Assembly (NCBI GenBank): GCA_041659045.1
Contig: JBAZZB010000001.1
Location: 454,111-518,110, forward strand
Source of the DNA: Patescibacteria group bacterium
GTDB lineage: Bacteria; Patescibacteriota; Patescibacteriia; SG8-24; DYFX01
Reading direction: 5' to 3'
DNA: 64,000 nucleotides
The translations under genes were made by a program, and so were the position numbers. Positions 43,445-54,005 of this stretch are shown piece by piece. Below the pieces are notes generated by a model, which was given only the letters and a program-made list of their open reading frames with translations, was not told where the DNA came from and made no database searches. Position 1 is the stretch's first letter. The number at the start of each line of letters is the position of its first letter.

Positions 43445-43963
43445 CTAGGGCGTGCCGAACTCGTGGACATCGGAGCAGATGTGCCCCGGTACCGGGTACT
43501 CGAGGGCGTTCTTGACGAGCTGGCCGGTGACGCGCGTGGCGCCGTCGTTACTGGTCTCGAACCGGCCGAACAGTTCCACGTAGAAGCGACCGTTGGCGTC
43601 GGTGGCATCCTTCCAGACGCGGAAGCTGCCGTCGTCGCGCACGCCCGACTTCTCGAACACGTAGGTGTGCGTGCCGCGGAAGTCGACGTAGACCGCCGTG
43701 AACGTGTACAGGCGCAGGGGCGCGGAAGCCTCCCGCACGACGTCGATGTGGACCTCGGAGCCACTGCTGGTGACGACCTGCCCGGAACCATCCTGGCAGC
43801 TCTGGGTGAAGCGCCAGGCCTCGGCTGCGTAGCTGCCGACCGGATCGGAATCACCCGTCCAGACCTCCTGATCCGTCGGCGTCGCGCCACCGGACTCCTG
43901 GTTGGTGCCGAAGCACGCGCCGATGAGCAGACACACCGAGAGACAAAGAGCGAACTTGAACAT
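43445..43963 (-). CDS. Hypothetical lipoprotein encoded on a local high-GC island
   Basis: MFKFALCLSVCLLIGACFG contains a lipobox. GC content and GC3 are markedly higher than the surroundings. Terminators flank it on both sides. Confidence 0.5.
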   Translation of the reverse strand: MFKFALCLSVCLLIGACFGTNQESGGATPTDQEVWTGDSDPVGSYAAEAWRFTQSCQDGSGQVVTSSGSEVHIDVVREASAPLRLYTFTAVYVDFRGTHTYVFEKSGVRDDGSFRVWKDATDANGRFYVELFGRFETSNDGATRVTGQLVKNALEYPVPGHICSDVHEFGTP

Positions 43964-44026
43964 GGGATCCTCCTCTTGTGGTGCGAAGAATCTACCATAA
44001 AAAACCGTTTCTGTCAAGATGTGAAC

Positions 44027-44062
44027 AACAAAAAAACACCCCGGAAAACCGGGGTGTTTTTT
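44027..44062. terminator. Bidirectional rho-independent terminator
   Basis: AAAAAACACCCCGGaaaaCCGGGGTGTTTTTTT is a palindrome flanked by A and T tracts. Confidence 0.6.
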
Positions 44063-44065
44063 TGA

Positions 44066-47000
44066 TCATTTTTTGATCAGGTCTTTGAGTTCCTGAAGTT
44101 CCTGACGGAGCTCATCGATCTCTTTCTCCTGCTCGCGCAACTCGCTATCAAGCTCCTTGATGGCGTTGATGCTGATGTAGGTGAAATCGCTCGGATCAAC
44201 CATGTAGATAGCCGTCTTACTGGTATCCGTAGGATTCAGCTTGCGATAATCGGTCCTAACCATGGACGGCGCGATTTTTTGCAACTCCTGCGCGATCACA
44301 CCGACACCCTTATGACCCGCGGGCATTTCACCCAAGCCATTATAGGTGTAGTTCACCGGATTAACCTCGCGAATAACCGAGAGGCCACTGGTGTATGGCG
44401 TAACATCTTTTTTCACGCGACGATCAGACGTCGCCGTCCAGCTGCCGCCACCAGGTTTTGCCGCGCCACCCGAACTGACGTACACACCCCAAGACGTACT
44501 GCCTCCAGAAGCGTGCGCATACACGGCCGTGTTCAACGCCGTGCCGCTCATGGCGTAAAATACGCCGCCGTAGTTTGTAGAGTTAGAGGAGCTCGTCGAT
44601 AAGCCATAGACGCCGTAGTTACCGTACGCAAGATAGACGTTTGATCCTTCAGACTGGTGCGTGAAGTGAGCGCCCGCAATACCTGCAACAGTACTACCTT
44701 CAACACCGTAGGAGTTTGTTCCTTGTCCGTAGATACCTGTCGTACTACCCGTTCCGTACACACCATAGATCGTACCTGTCGATTGAATACCCCAGCCACC
44801 AATCGGCGAAGCGCCGTTGACGCCAAGACTGTTGGTGATTGTCACGCGACCCTGCGCGTAGAGAGCCGTATCAAACGACTGGAAGGCCTGTGCATAGACA
44901 GCTGTGCTACCCGCCGTATTTGCGCCGAAGTAACCACCATACGAGCTACCGGAAGCATTCACACCGATTGAACCGCCGCTTCCCGCAAGCGCCGTACCAC
45001 CAGCGTTCACGACTGCAGCCACGCCAGCGACGGTACCGCGTACCGAAAGCGCCGTATCAAACGAGGAAAAGCCGAGACCTGTGTTGCTAATACCAACATA
45101 GTTGTTGATTTGGCGACCGCGCGCGGCGACAGTATCAAGCGTGTCCACTTCAGCGCCACAATCAACCCATACGCTGTTTTCAAAGCAGCGAAGCTTGTTG
45201 TTGACCGAGTTGTAGTACAGCATGCCGTTCACGCCAGCCGGGTTCGAGCCCATGCTGCCGAGAACGAGTTCGCCACTCACCGTCGTACGGTCAGTCGTCG
45301 CGTTACCAAGCGTCGAGTTGTCAGCAACCCAGAACGTTCCGCCGACCGTCAACGTCGAACCGGGACCGGCGATACCAACGCCTACGCGGTTGTTGGCCGC
45401 ATCGATATACAGGGTGTTCGCGTCAAAGTTCAGGCTGTTCGGCGTCGTGATCGCCGTTCCGGTAATCGTCAGTGTGTCGGCAGCCGCGTTTCCAATCGTC
45501 GTGTTGCCGTTAATCGCGAGGTTCTGCGCAGCAATGACCGTCACACCGTCATCGGTCAATGTCGAGTTTCCGATTGATGAGGCGGTTGTAAACTTCGGAA
45601 TCGCGTTGACAGTACCGCTACCAGTCAGACCAGAAGGAATGCAGTCCCTCCAAGCACCGTTTTCATAGCAGCGGAACTTGTTTGTCGTCGTATTGTAGAA
45701 CATGCGTCCGTTCGTACCTCCAATATCGACTGCGGACAAACCAAGAATCAGCGAAGTACCGTTGCCAATTGTGGCTCCACCAGAGAACGAGGCCGTACCA
45801 GCGACGTGCAACGACGTGAAGTCGCCACCCCAACCCGTGCTCGAACTTCCATAGACACCGGTACCATTGCTGGTGGAGTGTCCGTACACGCCGTAGACGG
45901 GGGAAATACCGTACACGCCCGTGCTCACGCCACTACCCATGATACCCGTCGAACCAGGACCCGAAGCAATGGATGTTATCGCTGTATTGCCGTTGCCGGA
46001 ATTATTAACGGTGATCGTAGGCACCGAAACAGAGTTCGCAGTAAGGACACCGTATACGCGCATGGCGTAGGCCGGGTCCGGGGCGCCGCCAACACCAATC
46101 GTGGCGCCGTCATCCCAAATATTGGAGTTACCAACCGTGTTTCCGTCGGAAGTGAACTTAACAAGTCGGTTGAGCTCACCCACGCCAGCGACGCTTGGCG
46201 GGCAGTTCGTACCGTTCGCGACACAAACCAACTGACCACCTACGGACATCGTACCGGCCGCAACGACGTTACCGTCAGCATCGACGCTGAAGCGGTCAAC
46301 CGACTCAGCCTGCAAAAGGAGAATCTTTCCCGCGGCGAATTGGTCGACGTTACCGTAGATCAGGTTTTCTGCCGGGTTGGTCAGACGGACATCCGGACTA
46401 CCGAACATCGCCATTCCAGCGACATCCACCGTCCCCGCCTCGTCAACGGACAAAACGGTTTCGTTAAGGCCGTTTATCCAGTAGTAGGCGTTTGAGGAGT
46501 TGTCGTTGGTGTCGATGCGGTAGTAGACGGATCCGTCTGTGTAGAGATTGAACGCGTTCTCGCCCGTACCGTAGAGCTCGATACCGCCCACTTGGTTCGC
46601 GAGCGTCATTACGGTTCCACCAAGCGTGTTGTTGAAGGCCGTGGTCGTACTGAACGTCTTGGCTCCGGTAAACGTTTGCGTGTTGTTCAAAAGCGCGACG
46701 TTTGAAGAAAGACGCGCGTCATTCAATGTACCAGTCGTAATGCTGTTCGCGTTGATGTTGCCGACCACAACGCCGTCGATTCCGCCCTGCACGTGGAGCC
46801 TGCCGGGAATGACAATACTGTTCGTAGAAGAAACCGTCATCGAGCTGATGCCGTTCGTGACAAGGTTCATCGTATCGGCCGCACTGCGGTAGATACCCGT
46901 GTTGCTGTCACCGTTGAAGGTAAGCGCCGGGATTGCCGCCGAACCAACCGGAATGAACATCGAACCCGTTTGCAAACCCGCACCGCCGTTGTTGACGATG

Positions 47001-47500
47001 AATCGTTGCACACCACCAGTTGTGATACCAACGTTGTCAGTACCGACCCAATACATACCCGTATTGCTGTCGCCATTGAACGTGTACGACGGAACGGCAG
47101 CAGAGCCGACGGAACCCGAGAGAACACCTTGCGTCGTCAGGTCGCCGGACAGGCCGATCCGGAAACGATCAGCAGCACCCAGTTGGAGCAACAACAAACT
47201 GCCCGCGCTGGAAGTCGCGCCGACATTGCCGTACAGCAAATTCTGACCGGCCGAGTTCAAGACCGGTGTGCTGGCGCCTGCCTGGAAGGTTGCGCCGACT
47301 TTCGCGTCGCCCGTGACGTTGATGCTCGCGTTCTGTGCCGGGCTCGCGATCGGGATGTTCTGAATGACGGCCGGACTGCAGTTTGGAGGCGTACAGGTCG
47401 GGGCGGCGAATTGCGCGTGAGCGGCGCGCGCGCCAAAAGCCAAAGCGACAAAGGCTACGAGCGAAACGAAAATCTTGCGGTCGGTCGTGGCGATGCGCAT
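44066..47500 (-). CDS. Secreted tail-fibre-like protein with C-terminal intramolecular chaperone (peptidase S74) domain and terminal coiled coil
   Basis: Signal peptide at MRIATTDRKIFVSLVAFVALAFGARAAHA (start ATG 47498-47500). Long Gly/Ser/Thr/Asn-rich beta-rich body. A twice-repeated NxxxNKxRC(Y/F)ENxxWxDC motif. C-terminal SDRRVKKDV...GVGVIAQELQKIAPSMV matches the autoproteolytic chaperone domain of phage tail spikes/endosialidases. Ends with a heptad-like REQEKEIDELRQELQELKDLIKK. Confidence 0.7.
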   Translation of the reverse strand: MRIATTDRKIFVSLVAFVALAFGARAAHAQFAAPTCTPPNCSPAVIQNIPIASPAQNASINVTGDAKVGATFQAGASTPVLNSAGQNLLYGNVGATSSAGSLLLLQLGAADRFRIGLSGDLTTQGVLSGSVGSAAVPSYTFNGDSNTGMYWVGTDNVGITTGGVQRFIVNNGGAGLQTGSMFIPVGSAAIPALTFNGDSNTGIYRSAADTMNLVTNGISSMTVSSTNSIVIPGRLHVQGGIDGVVVGNINANSITTGTLNDARLSSNVALLNNTQTFTGAKTFSTTTAFNNTLGGTVMTLANQVGGIELYGTGENAFNLYTDGSVYYRIDTNDNSSNAYYWINGLNETVLSVDEAGTVDVAGMAMFGSPDVRLTNPAENLIYGNVDQFAAGKILLLQAESVDRFSVDADGNVVAAGTMSVGGQLVCVANGTNCPPSVAGVGELNRLVKFTSDGNTVGNSNIWDDGATIGVGGAPDPAYAMRVYGVLTANSVSVPTITVNNSGNGNTAITSIASGPGSTGIMGSGVSTGVYGISPVYGVYGHSTSNGTGVYGSSSTGWGGDFTSLHVAGTASFSGGATIGNGTSLILGLSAVDIGGTNGRMFYNTTTNKFRCYENGAWRDCIPSGLTGSGTVNAIPKFTTASSIGNSTLTDDGVTVIAAQNLAINGNTTIGNAAADTLTITGTAITTPNSLNFDANTLYIDAANNRVGVGIAGPGSTLTVGGTFWVADNSTLGNATTDRTTVSGELVLGSMGSNPAGVNGMLYYNSVNNKLRCFENSVWVDCGAEVDTLDTVAARGRQINNYVGISNTGLGFSSFDTALSVRGTVAGVAAVVNAGGTALAGSGGSIGVNASGSSYGGYFGANTAGSTAVYAQAFQSFDTALYAQGRVTITNSLGVNGASPIGGWGIQSTGTIYGVYGTGSTTGIYGQGTNSYGVEGSTVAGIAGAHFTHQSEGSNVYLAYGNYGVYGLSTSSSNSTNYGGVFYAMSGTALNTAVYAHASGGSTSWGVYVSSGGAAKPGGGSWTATSDRRVKKDVTPYTSGLSVIREVNPVNYTYNGLGEMPAGHKGVGVIAQELQKIAPSMVRTDYRKLNPTDTSKTAIYMVDPSDFTYISINAIKELDSELREQEKEIDELRQELQELKDLIKK

Positions 47501-47561
47501 AAGGCGTAATGGTTGATGAGACCAGTATACCTTTTCCGCTTGCATTCCCCATTGGGGATAA

Positions 47562-48623
47562 CTACTCACCCTCTTCGCGAAGCTCTTCGAGCAGTTGTTT
47601 GGCCTTTTTGGAAAGATGTTTGGGCGTGCGAATACGTACACGGACGAAATGGTCGCCGCGCCCGGATGCCTGAAGTTTATTGATGCCGCGATTCTTCAAA
47701 CGAATCTCCTCACCCGCCTGAACGCCACTTGGGATTTTGATCGTGATCTCTCCGTCGAGCGTTTCGATTTCTTTTTCGGCGCCGAGCGCGGCGTCGGCAA
47801 AACCGATTTCGAGATTCGAGTAGACATCGAAACCGTCGCGTTCGAAGCGCGTGTCGGGCTGAATACGGATATGCAAATACAAATCGCCGTTTTGCGCTCC
47901 GTGCGGACCCGCCTCGCCACCACCTTGCACGCGAATCGTTTCTCCATGATCGATGCCGGCCGGAATTTTGACCGTCATCGACGTCTTCTCGCGCTTCACG
48001 CCCGCACCACTGCACTCCTTGCACTCTTTCTCGGGAACATTGCCGGAGCCACGGCATGCACCACACGTCGCGACGGCTTCAAAGCTGCCGAGAATCGTGC
48101 GCTGCATCTGGCGCACGCGGCCTTGGCCGCCGCACGTTTTGCAGGTGATCATTTTCGAACCTGGCGGAATGCCGGTGCCGGAACAGGCGCCGCACGCGAC
48201 AGGTTTGTAAAGTTCAAGCGTTTTTTCTGTACCGAATGCCGCGTCGCTAAATGAAATCGTTACGTTCACTTCGATATCGCCGCCGCGCGCTTGGCGCCGT
48301 CCACCACGCTGACCGCCGAAGCCAAACATGTCGCCGAACATCTCTCCCAAATCCCCCATGTCAAAATTCGCCCCTTGGCCTCCAAAGCCCTGGCCGCCGA
48401 AACCACCGAAGCCCGGACCGGCGGAACCGAACTGGTCGTACTGGGCGCGTTTCTTGGAATCTCCGAGTACCTGATAGGCCTCGTTGATCTCTTTAAACTT
48501 AGCTTCGTCTCCGCCCTCCTTGTCGGGGTGATGTTTGTGCGCCAAAACACGGAAGGCCTTTTTGATCTCCTCTTCGGAGGCCCCCTTGCTTATTCCTAGG
48601 ATTTGGTAATAGTCTTTAGACAT
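47562..48623 (-). CDS. dnaJ: Molecular chaperone DnaJ
   Basis: J-domain with HPD (KHHPDK), G/F-rich region and four CxxCxGxG zinc-finger repeats. Confidence 0.9.
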   Translation of the reverse strand: MSKDYYQILGISKGASEEEIKKAFRVLAHKHHPDKEGGDEAKFKEINEAYQVLGDSKKRAQYDQFGSAGPGFGGFGGQGFGGQGANFDMGDLGEMFGDMFGFGGQRGGRRQARGGDIEVNVTISFSDAAFGTEKTLELYKPVACGACSGTGIPPGSKMITCKTCGGQGRVRQMQRTILGSFEAVATCGACRGSGNVPEKECKECSGAGVKREKTSMTVKIPAGIDHGETIRVQGGGEAGPHGAQNGDLYLHIRIQPDTRFERDGFDVYSNLEIGFADAALGAEKEIETLDGEITIKIPSGVQAGEEIRLKNRGINKLQASGRGDHFVRVRIRTPKHLSKKAKQLLEELREEGE

Positions 48624-48651
48624 CGAAGGTCATTATACAGGAGGGTCGGTC

Positions 48652-49344
48652 ATGGCCGAATTCGCGTGTCCGTATGTCCTATGCCCGAGGTGCCTACCTC
48701 TGCGCGACTGGGCGACGGACCCCGTGGTTCGAACCCAGGGCCGCGTCAACCGAGAGCGCTACCAAACGAACGATCCGCGTACGCACCGCTGCACCGCCGC
48801 CGAGCGCGAAGGTGTCAATCGGCCGTGCCGGAAGGCGATCAATCCGATGCTCTGCCTGTGCCGAGGGCACGGCGAAGCGCTCGGTCTTTGCCAGCACTGC
48901 ATGAAACGACTGGACGGAGGCGAGGACATGACGATCACTCCCGATGAGGCCACTGAAACGATCATCGATGCCTTCACGGTTCTGGTGAAGACATATGGCC
49001 TGACGGTTTCTGTCGGCTTACTGGAAGAGCGTCTGCCGGAATTGCCGCCCGAAATGCAGCAGTTCCATGCGGATGCGGCATCCTCCCTGGACGATGACGG
49101 GAAGCGACGGACGTTCCTGGAGCGCATCGACGGCCGGCAGAAGCGACCTATCTGGAGCGCCGGCCTCGGATCCAATACGCGCAACCGTCGGTTCTGCGAA
49201 AGCTGCACTTCACCACGCTACACGGGCGCCATTTTCGCTCCGGCCACCTGCGGCCACTGGACCGCCGGCAGTCAGATGGCCGCCTGCATCATCTGCAGCG
49301 CGGAACACTCCGCCTGCGAACGTTGCGGGACCTCCCTCGAGTAG
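48652..49344 (+). CDS. Hypothetical Cys-rich protein encoded antisense between dnaK and dnaJ
   Basis: Good SD (AGGAGG 7 nt upstream of ATG). Multiple CxxC pairs (CPYVLCPRC, CLCRGH...CQHC, CESC, CIICSAEHSACERC). Locally elevated GC. Confidence 0.45.
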   Translation: MAEFACPYVLCPRCLPLRDWATDPVVRTQGRVNRERYQTNDPRTHRCTAAEREGVNRPCRKAINPMLCLCRGHGEALGLCQHCMKRLDGGEDMTITPDEATETIIDAFTVLVKTYGLTVSVGLLEERLPELPPEMQQFHADAASSLDDDGKRRTFLERIDGRQKRPIWSAGLGSNTRNRRFCESCTSPRYTGAIFAPATCGHWTAGSQMAACIICSAEHSACERCGTSLE

Positions 49345-49354
49345 GTCCCGTTTT

Positions 49355-51238
<1,884 letters not shown>

Positions 51239-51250
51239 AGATGTTTCGTA

Positions 51251-51341
51251 AGACCCCTCCGCCCTGCGGGCACCTCCCCTTTCAGGGGAGGGATTCTGGG
51301 CTTGGCTCCCCTCTCTGAAAGAGAGGGGATGGGGGTGAGTC
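51251..51341. repeat. Copy 1 of a roughly 92-nt hairpin-rich intergenic repeat (between hsp20 stop and dnaK start)
   Basis: AGACCCCTCCGCCCTGCGGGCACCTCCCCTTTCAGGGGAGG...CCCCTCTCTGAAAGAGAGGGG...GGGGGTGAGTC. About 85% identical to the copy at 53186-53278. Contains three perfect hairpins. Confidence 0.7.
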
Positions 51342-51348
51342 TAAAAAG

Positions 51349-51753
51349 TTATTTCCCCTTCACTTCAATCTTAATTTCTTTCTTCTCCCCTTCTTCAGCT
51401 TTCGGAATCGTGATGCGAAGTAATCCGTGCTCCGACGTCGCTTCGGCCTTCTCGCCGATGACCGGCGCGGGCAGGGCGATCTTGCGCTGGAAGGCACCGT
51501 AGCGGACTTCCTTATAGAGGTAATCCTTCTCGTCGACTTCCTTGCGGTGCTCTGTTTTGCCGCGGAGCGTCAGCACGCCGCCTTCGACCGTGACTTCGAC
51601 GTCTTTCGGATCAACGCCCGCGAGCGCCGTCTCGACGACGACATCGTTGCCGTTCTCATACACGTCGACGGCAGGGATGAAGCCTTTGGAGAGGTCCATG
51701 AGACCTCGATCCAAATCTTCGAGCGGGTTCTGGTTTTTTGGGAGGAGGGACAT
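51349..51753 (-). CDS. Hsp20/alpha-crystallin family small heat-shock protein
   Basis: Alpha-crystallin domain (PAVDVYENGNDVVVETALAGV...GVLTL). Start at MSLLPKN (ATG 51751-51753). Confidence 0.8.
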   Translation of the reverse strand: MSLLPKNQNPLEDLDRGLMDLSKGFIPAVDVYENGNDVVVETALAGVDPKDVEVTVEGGVLTLRGKTEHRKEVDEKDYLYKEVRYGAFQRKIALPAPVIGEKAEATSEHGLLRITIPKAEEGEKKEIKIEVKGK

Positions 51754-51754
51754 A

Positions 51755-52366
51755 TTATACTTTTGAAACTTTCCAAACACTCCAAACAGAGTATGCAAGA
51801 CTAAGAACTGCACATACGCTCAGCAATGTAACAATTGTTCCAGAGCTGAAATGGTTAAAAAGTGTTCCCCTATAATGTGGGAGAAGAAGTATCGATGTTG
51901 AAATTGGTACTGTGACAATAACAAGATTACGAATTAGATATCCAAAAACCTTCTCTCTCCTGTCGTAAAAACTTTGCATGAGGTTTTTGTGATGCTCTAA
52001 AAAAGTATAGATCCTGTCTTTTTTAGACAGGTCCGATCGCCATTGGCCACTAACGTTAGCCAGCAACGTCAACAAGGCACTTTGATATGACGGTCTGGGG
52101 ACACTTTCTACAAATTCATGGTTGATTTTGAAGAGAGCAGACTTGATTTTTTCTAACACTTCTCGCGTCGACATCTTCTCAAGCAACTCTTCTTCCCCTG
52201 GATCAAGCAACATTAAAAAGCCTTTTGCTTTATCATAGCTCTGGGTAATCTTTTCGTTCAGAAATGAAATTCTGAAGATAACAAAAGTGGCAAACATAGC
52301 AATCAGTGCGGCTAGTGTCTGCGCGATTGTGCTAAGCGAGTAGTACCAAAAATTCTCCATAATCAC
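51755..52366 (-). CDS. Hypothetical membrane protein encoded on an AT-rich insert inside the heat-shock operon
   Basis: 203-aa ORF with N- and C-terminal TM helices. Local GC is roughly 40% versus about 60% for flanking genes. Confidence 0.5.
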   Translation of the reverse strand: MIMENFWYYSLSTIAQTLAALIAMFATFVIFRISFLNEKITQSYDKAKGFLMLLDPGEEELLEKMSTREVLEKIKSALFKINHEFVESVPRPSYQSALLTLLANVSGQWRSDLSKKDRIYTFLEHHKNLMQSFYDRREKVFGYLIRNLVIVTVPISTSILLLPHYRGTLFNHFSSGTIVTLLSVCAVLSLAYSVWSVWKVSKV

Positions 52367-52677
52367 TTCGCCAACGCCTTGAAGCTAGCGCCGACCGTAT
52401 CAAACTTCACCAGCTTGTTCTGGGTCTGGACGCTCAACTTGATGCTGTTGAGTCCCGCTTTGTGTTTCGGGAGGTCGGCCAGGCGGATTTTTTGATCGCG
52501 CATTTCGGTGCCTTTGTCACCGACGACGCGGGTCGGGACGGTCACGAGCGAGTCGCCGTTCAAACGGAAGAACATCAGGAACTTCGGCCATTCCTTGAAG
52601 GAAAAGCTGTGCTTCTCGTATTCGTCATCCCATTCGAGTTCGCTTTTGAGCAACATATTTTTGCGGTTATTTTGCAA
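52363..52677 (-). CDS. Hypothetical small protein
   Basis: 104-aa ORF with 4-nt overlaps to neighbours on both sides. No motifs recognised. Confidence 0.4.
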   Translation of the reverse strand: MQNNRKNMLLKSELEWDDEYEKHSFSFKEWPKFLMFFRLNGDSLVTVPTRVVGDKGTEMRDQKIRLADLPKHKAGLNSIKLSVQTQNKLVKFDTVGASFKALAK

Positions 52678-53173
52678 CGATGACTTTCGCAGGGCGGACC
52701 GTTTTACCGTTGATCTCGTAACCGGCTTGGACTTCTTTTAGGATGGTGCCGTGCGTTTTGTCGCTTTCTTCTTCAGCAACCGCTTCATGCTTCGTGGCGT
52801 CGAACGTTTCGCCCGTCGTTTTGATTGCTGTGAGGCCGAGGTCACGGAGCGCTTCTTCGAGCTGCTTTTGGATGAAGCCGACGCCGACCGCCCAGTTCAC
52901 GACTGTCTTGTCGTCCGACTTCGGCATGTGTGACATTGCGGTGTTGAAGTTGTCGAAGACGGGCAGGAAGCGTTCGACGACGCGGAGTGTCGCGTACTGC
53001 CCCATCTCGGCGCGTTCGCGCGCGACGTCTTTCTTCAGGTTCTGGTAGTCGGCGAGAGCGCGCTTCCAGTTGAGTTCCATTTCCGAGTAGAGCTGCTCAG
53101 CAGATTTTTCGGAGTTCTGGGCCCCGGCCTCCGCCGGGGTGGTTTCGGATTCGTTTTTCTTTTCTTCTTCCAT
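52667..53173 (-). CDS. grpE: Nucleotide exchange factor GrpE
   Basis: Coiled-coil N-terminus, then LRVVERFLPVFDNF and the C-terminal beta domain typical of GrpE. Confidence 0.85.
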   Translation of the reverse strand: MEEEKKNESETTPAEAGAQNSEKSAEQLYSEMELNWKRALADYQNLKKDVARERAEMGQYATLRVVERFLPVFDNFNTAMSHMPKSDDKTVVNWAVGVGFIQKQLEEALRDLGLTAIKTTGETFDATKHEAVAEEESDKTHGTILKEVQAGYEINGKTVRPAKVIVAK

Positions 53174-53185
53174 AGGTGTTGTTCA

Positions 53186-53278
53186 AGACCCCTCCGCCCT
53201 GCGGGCACCTCCCCTTTCAGGGGAGGGTTTCGCGCGCGGTTCCCCCTCTCTGAAAGAGAGGGGGCTAGGGGGTGAGTC
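53186..53278. repeat. Copy 2 of the hairpin-rich intergenic repeat (between hrcA stop and grpE start)
   Basis: Same element as 51251-51341. Occupies the entire hrcA-grpE intergenic space. Confidence 0.7.
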
Positions 53279-53281
53279 TAT

Positions 53282-53971
53282 TCAAGCTTTAAGCGTTTCA
53301 ACCGCTGTTTCAAGAAGGGCGAGGTCGGTGTCGTAGTCCATGCGCATCGGGCCGAGGAGGCCGAGGAGGCCGATCGGCGAACGTACGACGAGGAGTCCGC
53401 ATTCGGCACCGAAGGGATTTTCCGAACCGATCAGGATGCGCGCGTCCGAGCCGACTTCGGGAAACATTTTTTCCATCGTCTCGTCGAGATGATCGAGTAC
53501 TCGCGACATCGAGGCGACGAGCGAGAGCTGTTTGAACTCTGGCTTGGCGAACAAGTTGGAGAGGCCGGTGTAGTAGACATCGCGCGGAGTGAAGGCGGCG
53601 AGGGCGGATTCGTTTGCGAGTTCGGCGAGGGCTTTGGCGACGCGTCGCAACTTGTCGCTTTCTTCTTCTGCGGCCTTCGCGGCTTCGGCGAGCGCGGTCG
53701 CGGCGGCTGCTCCCGGTTTTTTCTTTTCGAGGAAACGATCGACGTAGTAGCGATACCCTTTCTCGCTCGGCGCGCGACCCGCTGACGTGTGTGGCTGAAG
53801 CAGGAAGCCTTGTTCTTCGAGCACGGAAAGTTCGTTTCGAATCGTCGCTGAGGAGACGTCCAAGCCAGATTCATCGGCCAGCCACGCCGAACCAACCGGC
53901 TCAGCGCTTTGAATAAAGCGCCGTACGGTAAGTTTCAGCAGGATTTCTTGCCGAGAATCAAGCTGCTCCAT
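53282..53971 (-). CDS. hrcA: Heat-inducible transcription repressor HrcA
   Basis: N-terminal winged-helix (SAEPVGSAWLADESGLDVSSATIRNELSVLEEQGFL). Sits immediately downstream of a CIRCE element. Confidence 0.8.
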   Translation of the reverse strand: MEQLDSRQEILLKLTVRRFIQSAEPVGSAWLADESGLDVSSATIRNELSVLEEQGFLLQPHTSAGRAPSEKGYRYYVDRFLEKKKPGAAAATALAEAAKAAEEESDKLRRVAKALAELANESALAAFTPRDVYYTGLSNLFAKPEFKQLSLVASMSRVLDHLDETMEKMFPEVGSDARILIGSENPFGAECGLLVVRSPIGLLGLLGPMRMDYDTDLALLETAVETLKA

Positions 53972-53979
53972 AGGGTTTC

Positions 53980-54005
53980 TAGCACTCAGATTATACGAGT
54001 GCTAA
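53980..54005. promoter_or_regulatory. CIRCE operator (HrcA binding site)
   Basis: TAGCACTC-agattatac-GAGTGCTAA is a perfect 8/9-bp inverted repeat with a 9-nt spacer. It ends 9 nt upstream of the hrcA start codon. Confidence 0.85.

Noticed and set aside
43399-44065. 199-aa minus ORF and 217-aa plus ORF overlapping the high-GC lipoprotein gene.
   Set aside because: High GC suppresses stop codons in all frames. Only the 43445-43963 minus frame has a start with a lipoprotein signal peptide.
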